From: Candidatus Zhuqueibacterota bacterium
Lineage (GTDB): Bacteria; Zhuqueibacterota; Zhuqueibacteria; Thermofontimicrobiales; Thermofontimicrobiaceae
NCBI GenBank assembly: GCA_049322915.1
Contig: JBMOPW010000045.1
Coordinates: 8,106 to 72,105, forward strand
Direction of reading: 5' to 3'
DNA: 64,000 nt
Below, piece after piece: positions 10,966 to 19,900 of the stretch. Position 1 is the first letter of the stretch. Each line of letters starts with the position of its first letter. Made by a program: the position numbers and the translations under genes. The notes beneath the pieces were generated by a model. The model was not told the origin of the DNA and ran no database searches. It saw nothing but the letters and a program-made list of their open reading frames with translations.

Positions 10966-13461
10966 ATGAAGAATCAACGTCACACATTTTTGATTTGCAG
11001 CATGCTCGCGTTGAACCTTGTTCTGTTCAATGGAGATCTGTTGTCGCAAATTACCATCAACAGCGACGATTATCCGTCGCAGATCGGAACCTATATTGTC
11101 ACGGAAGACGATACTGCAGATGTGGTACATGTCAATGTGGGACTGCCGGGGGAAAATCAAATCTGGTACATTCAGCAAGAAATTCCCGGCATTCTGACCC
11201 GGCAACTGGTGGTGGATAAAGCCAATACGCCCTATCTTGCTGATTTTCCTGATGCGAATCTGGTGACCCGATATGCCGGAGAACTTGGTTTTCTGGTTCA
11301 TAGCTATTACTTCGATGATGTGGATGGGCTGTTTTATTCGTATCAGAAAATAAACGCAGACAGCCTCATCATCGCTGGGATTGGCGTTGATTCTTCCCAG
11401 GCAGAGTATGAAGATGTCTACCTGAATTTTAAAGGGCCAGTCGATTTGGAGCCAGACCTGCTGCAATTCGCCTTCCCATTGGTGTATGAAAAATGGTGGG
11501 AAACGGCTTCGCACAGCACTGTCGAAGTGGATACTATGCTGTACGGCATTTGGACGAATCTGCGGACTGAAGTGCGCGACAGCATTTACAACGTCGTGGA
11601 TGGCTGGGGCACGGTGGTGTTGCCGCAAGCCAGCTTCGCGTGTCTGCGCGTTAAAAGCTTTATCTTATTAAGTGAAATGATGTACACCAATGGTGTGCTG
11701 TTTCGCGAACGGCATACCCGAACAATTAACTACACCTGGGTCACTGAAGAATCGGGAATCGTCGCCCGAATCATGAGTCACTCGGACGAACCGGATGAAA
11801 ATTTCACCGAGGCGAAACAGATTTCCCGGTTGCACATGTTCAATCCGAGCGTGAATGTCTCGCTCGCCGACACAATTGCCGCGCCGGGGGAATCGGTCAT
11901 AATGCCGGTTCGCGTCTCCTCCATGACGGATCTGGATATCGTGAAAGCGCAGATGGATGTGAGCTTTGAAAAAGGAATTATCCAATCGCTGGAGATTGTC
12001 ACGGAAGGGACACTGACGGCTTTGTGGCAGTCACCGATGTTGTCCGGGACATCCAGCGGCGTTACTGTCTCACTGCACGGCGACGCGCCATTGACCGGCC
12101 AGGGGATCCTTTTTTACCTGAAATTGGTCGTTGCTGAAGGCGCCGGCGATTTGGCGCAGACAGCAATTGGAATCGACAATCTGCTCGTTGAGCACGATGG
12201 GCCTGTTTTCACTATCCAGCCGGGACGGCTCACCGTGGCGCACACGTATGATATTTCCGGCGCAGTCAAATATTATTCCGGCGACAGTCCGATTGACCGC
12301 TCTACCGTGTATTTGAATGAAAAAAGCACGGTCACAGGCGCCGATGGCGGATACGAATTTTCAGTCCTCCCCAGAGGGAATTATTCCTTGAAGCCCATGA
12401 AAGATGGCGATTTGAAAAACAGCATATCCGCGTTCGATGCATCCCTGATTTTACGAGCTAACGTTGGCGCTGTTGACTTGCTCCCGTACCAAAAAATTGC
12501 CGCTGATGTTTCCGGCAACGGCAGCGTCACTGCCTATGACGCTTCCATGATCCTGAGATACTCAGTTGGCCTTATTTCTGAATTTACAGTCGGTGATGAT
12601 TGGCGGTTCGTACCTTCGGATTTCGCCATTGATCAGACAAACTGGAATGCGACACCGCGGCAGATCGACTATTCGCCATTGGCTGAGACAAAGATCGCTC
12701 AGAATTTCACGGGGATTGTTTACGGCGATGTTTCCGGAACCTGGTCTGCGAATGGCGCGAAGATGAATGCCCTTTATCGGCCGTACACGGGCATCGGATC
12801 GCTTCGCTTCGGTGAACTCACGGAGTCCAAAGACAAAATCACTGTACCGTTGGTGATAACTTCAGATTGCGAAATCCTCGCCGCGAGCTTTGAAATCAGA
12901 ACGCCGGGTCAGCCGCTTGAATTCGCGAATCTGGCGCTGAATGCCGAAACGCCAGCGATGCTGATGGAGTTCTCGGAGACGGATGGCGTCATTCAAGTGG
13001 CGCTTGCAAGTCCTGAAAAAATGAATGAAATTGAAAATCTGCTCAGCCTCGAGTTCGTGAAAAAGCATGAAACGCCGGGCCATGTGCCGGAGGTGAAGAT
13101 CACCAACATCCTCCTGAACGGGGGATTGGTTCAAACACAGCATTCCGATGAACTTTCACTGTCTGACCAGACTCAGCCGCTGAAATTCGAACTGCTTCAG
13201 AATTATCCCAATCCCTTCAACTCCAGCACCTGCATCCGCTATAGTTTGCAGGACAGAAGGTATGTTCGAATTTCAATTTTCAATGCTCTGGGGCAGACCA
13301 TCAGCGTGATGGACGAGGGCTATCAGAACGCCGGGACGCATGAAGTTCGCTGGGCAGGGAAAAATTCCCGGGGGAACGATGTCCCATCAGGCATCTATTT
13401 TTATGAACTGGAATCTTTTGGCGCGGATCGGGAAATTCGAAAGATGGTATTGATTCGATAG
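10966..13461 (+). CDS. Secreted paralog of the upstream gene: N-domain, cohesin-like, Ig-like, dockerin-like, second cohesin-like region and FlgD-Ig CTD
   Basis: N-domain aligns by eye with 9320-10957. Duplicated dockerin-type motif (SISAFDASLILR...ADVSGNGSVTAYDASMILR); QNYPNPFN CTD. Confidence 0.75.
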   Translation: MKNQRHTFLICSMLALNLVLFNGDLLSQITINSDDYPSQIGTYIVTEDDTADVVHVNVGLPGENQIWYIQQEIPGILTRQLVVDKANTPYLADFPDANLVTRYAGELGFLVHSYYFDDVDGLFYSYQKINADSLIIAGIGVDSSQAEYEDVYLNFKGPVDLEPDLLQFAFPLVYEKWWETASHSTVEVDTMLYGIWTNLRTEVRDSIYNVVDGWGTVVLPQASFACLRVKSFILLSEMMYTNGVLFRERHTRTINYTWVTEESGIVARIMSHSDEPDENFTEAKQISRLHMFNPSVNVSLADTIAAPGESVIMPVRVSSMTDLDIVKAQMDVSFEKGIIQSLEIVTEGTLTALWQSPMLSGTSSGVTVSLHGDAPLTGQGILFYLKLVVAEGAGDLAQTAIGIDNLLVEHDGPVFTIQPGRLTVAHTYDISGAVKYYSGDSPIDRSTVYLNEKSTVTGADGGYEFSVLPRGNYSLKPMKDGDLKNSISAFDASLILRANVGAVDLLPYQKIAADVSGNGSVTAYDASMILRYSVGLISEFTVGDDWRFVPSDFAIDQTNWNATPRQIDYSPLAETKIAQNFTGIVYGDVSGTWSANGAKMNALYRPYTGIGSLRFGELTESKDKITVPLVITSDCEILAASFEIRTPGQPLEFANLALNAETPAMLMEFSETDGVIQVALASPEKMNEIENLLSLEFVKKHETPGHVPEVKITNILLNGGLVQTQHSDELSLSDQTQPLKFELLQNYPNPFNSSTCIRYSLQDRRYVRISIFNALGQTISVMDEGYQNAGTHEVRWAGKNSRGNDVPSGIYFYELESFGADREIRKMVLIR

Positions 13462-13504
13462 ACATTCACTCAGTGGTGCTCATTTCAAGAACAGGATAGT
13501 CATT

Positions 13505-14461
13505 ATGCCATTCTCAAAAGAGTCCGTGCTCCTGGATATCGCTGTGGAGACGGAGAAGATTGTAACAAAGCTTCGCGCCGACGTCGCGCACACGTTGAAG
13601 AAACGGGGCGCTGTTGTCGGAATAAGTGGGGGAATCGATTCCTCGGTCGTGTTAGCGCTGTGCGCGAAGGCGTTCGGCCCACAGAAAGTGTTCGGCGTGA
13701 TGATGCCGGAAAAGGATTCCAGCTCGGATAGCTTCATCCTGGCAAAATCGCTCGTCAGAAAATTCAGCGTCGATTATGTGCTGGAAGATATGACCCCGGC
13801 TCTGTACGGTTTCGGAACTTACGCCAGAAGAGATGAAGCGATCCGGCAGATTTTCCCGGAATATGATGTCAGCTACAAAGCAAAGATCGTTCTGCCGAAG
13901 AATATACTCGAAAAAGACACGCTGAATGTCTATCATCTCACGATCATTGCGCCAAACGGGGAAGAGAAGACAAAGCGAATCCCGATAAAGGAGTACCTGC
14001 AAATCGTCGCTGCTTCCAATTTTAAACAGAGAAGCCGCATGAGCATGTTGTACTATCACGCGGAACGGCTCAATTATGCCGTGATCGGGACGGGCAATAA
14101 AAATGAGCATGAGATGGGTTTCTTCGTCAAATACGGTGACGGCGGCGCTGATGTCAAACCAATCGCCCATCTCTTCAAAAGTCAGGTGTTTCAGTTAGCG
14201 GCGTTTCTGGGCGTGCCTGATGAGATTCAGAGCCGAACTCCGACCACGGATACCTACAGCGCAGAACAAACTCAGGAAGAGTTCTTTTTCAAATTGCCTT
14301 TCGAAATACTCGATGCCATCTGGTTCGGCTGGGAAAAAGGCCACTCTCCGGAAGAGATCGCCGCAGGCCTGAATTTATCGACAGCGCAAGTGCAATTTGT
14401 GATCAATGACATTAAGCGGAAAATCGCTGCTACGGAATACCTGAGAATGATGCCGATTTAA
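13505..14461 (+). CDS. nadE: NadE-like ATP-pyrophosphatase amidoligase (NH3-dependent NAD synthetase family, with insertion)
   Basis: VGISGGIDSS PP-loop, NFKQRSRM, GTGNKNE, GFFVKYGDGGAD, LFKSQV; no glutaminase domain. Confidence 0.8.
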   Translation: MPFSKESVLLDIAVETEKIVTKLRADVAHTLKKRGAVVGISGGIDSSVVLALCAKAFGPQKVFGVMMPEKDSSSDSFILAKSLVRKFSVDYVLEDMTPALYGFGTYARRDEAIRQIFPEYDVSYKAKIVLPKNILEKDTLNVYHLTIIAPNGEEKTKRIPIKEYLQIVAASNFKQRSRMSMLYYHAERLNYAVIGTGNKNEHEMGFFVKYGDGGADVKPIAHLFKSQVFQLAAFLGVPDEIQSRTPTTDTYSAEQTQEEFFFKLPFEILDAIWFGWEKGHSPEEIAAGLNLSTAQVQFVINDIKRKIAATEYLRMMPI

Positions 14462-14515
14462 TTCAGACAGGCGTATGTAATTACCGGCGATTCGCTTGGT
14501 TGGTGATTAAAAATT

Positions 14516-14549
14516 AAAACCTCAGTCCATGAAAGATTGAGGTTTTTTT
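14516..14549. terminator. Bidirectional intrinsic terminator between convergent genes
   Basis: aaaacctcagtc-catgaaa-gattgaggttttttt hairpin with A/T tracts on both sides. Confidence 0.75.
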
Positions 14550-14579
14550 ATTTCAGCACGGGCGAAATGAAGAGATTGC

Positions 14580-15218
14580 TCAACGCACTAATACCATTTT
14601 TTTGACGTCCCAGAAGTCGTCGGCGTCGATTCGATAGAGATAAATTCCAGTCGCTGCCCTGCGACCGTCTGCTGTTACTCCATCCCAGAGCGCCGAATGG
14701 AGACCTGCCTGAAGGGTGGCGTTCGCGAGCACCCGAATCTGCGAGCCGCTCACATTGTACAAGGTTATTTTCACGCGCGCGCTGCCGGGCAGGTAATAAA
14801 AAATCAAAGTCGAGCCATTGAACGGATTGGGATAATTTTGAAACAGCGCGAAATCATCGGGCTGAAATGAAGTGAGCGATCCGAATATCTGGCACAGCGT
14901 GGTATCGATGATGTTCGAGAAGCCACTTTCATTCCCCAAAAGATCAACAGCGGTGGCGGCATAATAATAATGCTCGCCCCAGGACAGGTCGGTGTCGATG
15001 TAAAGTGTGTCCGGGTGGTTGACCGTGGCGACTCTTTTAAATTTCAATGTGTCAGAAGTTGTACGATAGATGGCGTAGTAGGAGATATAGCGATTCGGAT
15101 TCGGGGACCACGCAAGCGTGAGCGATTGAGACTGTGCAGAACGAGAAGACATTGGAAAAATGACGAACCACCCCAGCAACCACATGACACATTTGATTAC
15201 GATTGTGTATCGATCCAT
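14580..15218 (-). CDS. Small secreted protein: fibronectin type III domain and FlgD-Ig/T9SS-like CTD
   Basis: Signal peptide; LTLAWS...YAIYR...YIDT.L..G.HYYYAATAVD..GNESGFSN (FN3); QNYPNPFN CTD. Confidence 0.8.
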   Translation of the reverse strand: MDRYTIVIKCVMWLLGWFVIFPMSSRSAQSQSLTLAWSPNPNRYISYYAIYRTTSDTLKFKRVATVNHPDTLYIDTDLSWGEHYYYAATAVDLLGNESGFSNIIDTTLCQIFGSLTSFQPDDFALFQNYPNPFNGSTLIFYYLPGSARVKITLYNVSGSQIRVLANATLQAGLHSALWDGVTADGRRAATGIYLYRIDADDFWDVKKMVLVR

Positions 15219-15503
15219 GATACAACCATCTTTTCTGGAATCAAATGGCGCATTAAAATAATGGAAATATTTTATGGGGTAAACTGGAATTCTTCAATTT
15301 AGTTCCAGGAATTTTTTCATCGCGGCAAAGACAGGCGCTCGTTGAAATCGCCAGCCCGGGTATAACGCCAAAATGCAGATCCCATGAACTATGCTTGCTT
15401 CGAATAGTTCATGGGAGTCGCCTGAAATTGCTGTTGCCTTGAATCATCGAGTGCTGTTCTTTCATTGCCAGGGAACGCGAAAATGGTGTCTGGCTGGAAT
15501 CCG

Positions 15504-16406
15504 TCATTTCACCAGAGTCATTTTTTTCAGGCTGGCGTGTTCATTGATTTTGATTTTGTAATAATACACGCCCGACGCTAAACCGTCACCAGTCTCGCTT
15601 AATCCGTTCCAATGAAAAGAGTGACTTCCCGCCTCCTGTAGTTTGTTGACAGCATTGAGAACGCGCTCGCCGTTCATGTTGTAAATGACCAGTTGCACTT
15701 GACCCGCCTCGGGGATGGAGTAGGAAATGCTCGTGCCAGCGTTGAATGGATTGGGATAATTCTGCCCCAGGTAAAATTTGTTCGGCACATTCACCGAGAC
15801 TTCATTCACGTTGGATAGGGCAAAGTCGCCATTGAAATCGATTTGCTTGAGGCGGTAAAAATAGGTGCCGGCGTCCAGGTTTTCATCGCTGTACTGGTAA
15901 TCCCTGGGTTCGTTGGTGGTGCCGTTGCCATGAACAAAACCGATCTTTTCAAAATTGCTGGTGTTTTCGTGGCTTCTCTGTATTTCGAAACCGAAATTGT
16001 TCTGTTCAGTGGTCGTCGTCCAGGTGAGAAGTACGTTGCTCTCAAAAACCTGGCACGTAAAACGGCTCAGCTCAACCGGCGAGGTGTTATGCATGAGCGT
16101 GTCGATGACATTGGAGAAGCCGCTCTCGTTCCCGGAGTTGTCAATGGAGGTCGCCGCGTAGAAATAGGCATTTCCAAATAACACGGCATCATCGAGATAA
16201 ATCGTATCCGGGTGGTTGATTGTGGCGATCAGTACGAAATTGGTATCGCTGTGGATGCTCCGGTAAATTCCATACGAGGCGATTTCGGGATTCGCGCTCG
16301 GCGACCAGGCAAGTGTCACAGTCTGTGAGAGCGACCGGGAGTTCATCATAAGCCCCACGACGATCAGGAATAACGTACGAATCAGATTCTTTTGTAATGC
16401 ATTCAT
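15504..16406 (-). CDS. Secreted protein: FN3, PVEL-type Ig region and FlgD-Ig CTD (paralog of the adjacent gene)
   Basis: FN3 domain closely matches 14580-15218 (TLAWSP..N, ATINHPDT.Y.D, GNESGFSN.IDT); SPVELSRF; QNYPNPFN. Confidence 0.82.
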   Translation of the reverse strand: MNALQKNLIRTLFLIVVGLMMNSRSLSQTVTLAWSPSANPEIASYGIYRSIHSDTNFVLIATINHPDTIYLDDAVLFGNAYFYAATSIDNSGNESGFSNVIDTLMHNTSPVELSRFTCQVFESNVLLTWTTTTEQNNFGFEIQRSHENTSNFEKIGFVHGNGTTNEPRDYQYSDENLDAGTYFYRLKQIDFNGDFALSNVNEVSVNVPNKFYLGQNYPNPFNAGTSISYSIPEAGQVQLVIYNMNGERVLNAVNKLQEAGSHSFHWNGLSETGDGLASGVYYYKIKINEHASLKKMTLVK

Positions 16407-16486
16407 GGTTTCACCTCAATCTCAGTTCAGTCCTTGTGCGGTTTCATTTCCGGTTCAGAGAGAGTAAGCATCTGAAGAGTCTATTC

Positions 16487-16501
16487 ACAAATCGTATGCC
16501 A
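16487..16501 (-). promoter_or_regulatory. Possible sigma54 (-24/-12) promoter for the FN3 genes
   Basis: Minus strand reads TGGCATACGATTTGT, i.e. GG-N10-GT with a mismatch at the conserved -12 C; about 80 nt upstream of ATG 16406. Confidence 0.35.
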
Positions 16502-16856
16502 GGACGGTGTTCCAGGTATAACCCGTTGATAATCAGCGTTTAACCAGAATGGCGCCTGAACAGTGTCACAGGTTCTAGACACAAATTTGAAAATGAAGAT
16601 TTCATGTTCGTAATGAGAATATCGGAAGAATGTTGAATAATTTTAATAATTATAATTGCCCCGGCAGAAGGGCTGAGAATTTGATCAAAGTGAAGATGAG
16701 AATGGTGCAGCACTGATCCTGGGTTCGCAATAGTGGATCACTGTCTGTCAGAAGTTAGATGTTTGAGGCAGTTAGCGCGGGCAGCCCGATTGAGTTGTGG
16801 AGCCGGAGAAAGAGTTTGAATGAGAATCCGATAGGGGAGTCGGCTGTTGCAGAAAT

Positions 16857-16903
16857 AAAAAACGGGATTCACGCTGGCATGCAGCAGCCAGGTTTATCCC
16901 GTT
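16857..16903 (-). terminator. Probable intrinsic terminator downstream of the GH13 gene
   Basis: Minus strand aacgggat...ctggc...gccag...atcccgtt followed by a T run. Confidence 0.55.
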
Positions 16904-16931
16904 CTTGAGTCGACTTATGGGAGTTACAATA

Positions 16932-19900
16932 TCAATCCTGTGTGGCGGAATGGCTCCGGACCAGGTGAATCAATTGTTCGATTTTGAAATCCGAGGCGTT
17001 TTCCGCGTCCCGGATTTTCTGTAAAATCGCGGTCATTTCCCGAATGCGTTTCAGCGCCGCCCGGTTGTTCAATTGAGAATCGCTGATGATAGTGACCAGT
17101 GAAATGACCATCAGGCCATCCAGGAGCATATCAAAAGTCTCTTTGTTGAACCAGAGAATTCCATTGTAGCGGTTCATCCCGATAAAGGTCTGAACCTCGT
17201 TATCCCGGAGCAACGAATGGAGAACCTGATCCGCGGGATCGCCCGGCGTCCCATCGAATGAATTCCAGTTCTGGTGCGTGGTGAGCACTTTGATGAGATT
17301 CATGGTCGATAGTACCTGCTGCTCGGTCAGTCCCAGTTCCTGATAAACGCTGGTGAGTATTTTGCCCAGGAGCAATTCATCGATCCAGCTTCGGCTTTGC
17401 TGCTCGAACTGGCGTAACCCGATGATCTTGCCCAGAGAGTGCACAATGAGCCAACCAAAAAGCCAGGCCCACATGGGAGTCAATTCCGAATTATTGGTCT
17501 TCAAATAGTTTGTTACATGTTTCAATTCGCCTGATTTGATTGAGGGATAGCGATGCTCCACAGTTGCCAATGCCAGCATGCCCTTCAGCTCTTGCAGCCA
17601 TTCGGCTGTCAACTGTTTTTCGTCCGATTTCCCGCCGGAATAATTCTTGACCTCATTCATAAGGGACATCATCTTTTTTCCCAGGTCGGCCAGCAATGTT
17701 TCATCCAGTTTTTTTCGAGGAGACGTCAGTCGGGCATTGAACAACTCGCGGAAAACAGACGCGTTCGCAACGGCTTTGAACGGGATGTGAATCGGCGCTA
17801 AAAAGATTTCCTTCATGGTTTCTTCGATGTTGGGAACACCGCGGCCATTCAGGTAAGAGGCGATTTGAGAGTACTGCCGCCACTCGTTATCCTGAACTTC
17901 GCGGAACTCACTGAAGACATGATATTTGAAGGCTTCGAGCTCGACGTATAGACCTTGCTCAAAAATATCATGACAATTGCGGATGTATTCGAGGCCGCTG
18001 ATGATATCTTTGAAGATACAAAAATAGCCATGCCTGTCCGTCAGGACAAGTCCCTCGCCCAGGGTTTTTTGAATGATTTTTCGTTCATCGCCATCGCCGG
18101 CCTTCACTGAAAAACCAACCGATGTCTTGATCCAGCCCTGCGCTCTGGCATATTTATTGTGATAAACGACCAGCGCGCGTTCCTGACCCACACGATTGGA
18201 ATAGGCGAATACATTTTCATCCACAAATCCCTGAGGTGTGAAAACATCGTAAAGCAGGAAGTTATCCACGCCGGAAAATATATAACGCCGGCGCAGCAGT
18301 GGGAAGATTTCCCGTTCATGCCGCTGAATGAGGTGCTCCGATGGCCGCTCATCCCAATAGGCGCGTCGGTACTCCATGCCATATTTTTCTGTGAATCCTT
18401 CCACCTGACCGTGTCCGAACATGGGCAGCCCTGGCATGGTGGCCATCACAGCGCAGACGCCAAAATATTTATCATCCTGACCAAATTGGGCGATGGCCGT
18501 GTCTTCGTCCGGATTGCTCATGAAATTGACGAACCGCTTCATGATTTCCGGATTGAACTCCAGTGTGTTTTTAATTGCGCTGCGATATTTGCCGTTCTCC
18601 TCGGTTTTGAGCATGTTCATAAACGCGCTGTTGTACACCCGATGCATGCCAAGCGTCCGGACGAAAAAGCCTTCGAGCAGCCAGAATGCTTCGGCCATGA
18701 GCAGCGTATCCGGCACTTCGCGGGTGACCCGATCCACCACTTCCCGCCAGAATTCCTGGGGCATCAATTCGTTGAACCGATCGACGGTCAGGCCATGGGC
18801 TGCGCGCGAGGGAATATCGCCGCCGGTACCCGGATCCGGATACCACAGGCGCTTGAAATGTTTCTTTGTGAGCGTCATGGCCGCGTCAAACCGGATGATG
18901 GGAAAATTTCGGGCGACATGCAGGATTGTTTGAATGACCGCTTCCCGCACGTCCGCGTTCAGATAATTCAGTTGCGCTGTGTCGCTCCAGGGCATGCTGG
19001 TGCCATCGTTGCCGTGATAAATGTAGGTTGTGTTGCCTGTCCAGTAATCGACTCGTTTGAAAACGACGGCCGCGTCGGTGCGATTGAAGTAATGATCTTC
19101 CAGATAAATTCCCACGCGATTATCCCAGGAGACGTTGGGGCCGTTGAAGGTGTAGGATGGAAACGGGCTATGGTCCAATTGGATGAACCAATCCGGATGC
19201 TCGATGACCCATTGGGCATCGATACCCACGTGATTGGGCACCATGTCGCCGCTCAAACGAATTCCGCGCTGCCAGGCGCGATTGCGCAATTGATTGAAGG
19301 CGTCCCAGCCTCCCAGATCGTCGGAGATTTCGTAGCTGAGCAGGGAATAGGCCGAGGCCTCTGCCTCAGGATTCCCGCACATCTGCTTGATTTTTTTGGA
19401 TGCCCTGCTGCGTTCCCAAAGCCCAATGAGCCAGATCGCCGTAAAGCCCCACCCGGCAATGGTTTCTAACTCGTTGTCCGGCACCTGGTCCAATCGGTGA
19501 ATCGAGCGTTGGTATTTTTTAGATAACTGATCCAGCCAGACATAGGTGTTTTTAGCGAGGAGGACAACCTTGGGCATCCAGTCCAGGTCCTGACTGAATT
19601 TCTCAGATTCGACCTGCAAGCTGCTGTATTCATAGATATAACTCGGACCCGGGCCGAAGAAGCCCATCTTTTGTTCTTCGCGTATTAAATCGAGGCCGCT
19701 GAGCAAGCGGTAAAAATATTTACCGAGCAGAAAGCCCCAATGTTTTCGGATGTACTCAAGCTGTCCACTCAGGGAATGCGGTTGGGCGATGGCCGGGCTG
19801 CGAAGCATATCGATGATATTCTGATTATCCGGCCCGAAATGCGGCGCCTCGTCGAAGAAATCGTGCAGTCCTGCAAGAACTGAGGAATAGCATGTGTTCT

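Noticed and set aside
18159..19469. 436-aa plus-strand ORF antisense to the GH13 gene, and similar long antisense ORFs in secA, topA, sbcC and the oxoprolinase
   Set aside because: No recognisable motifs; these are typical antisense shadows of GC-biased coding sequence.
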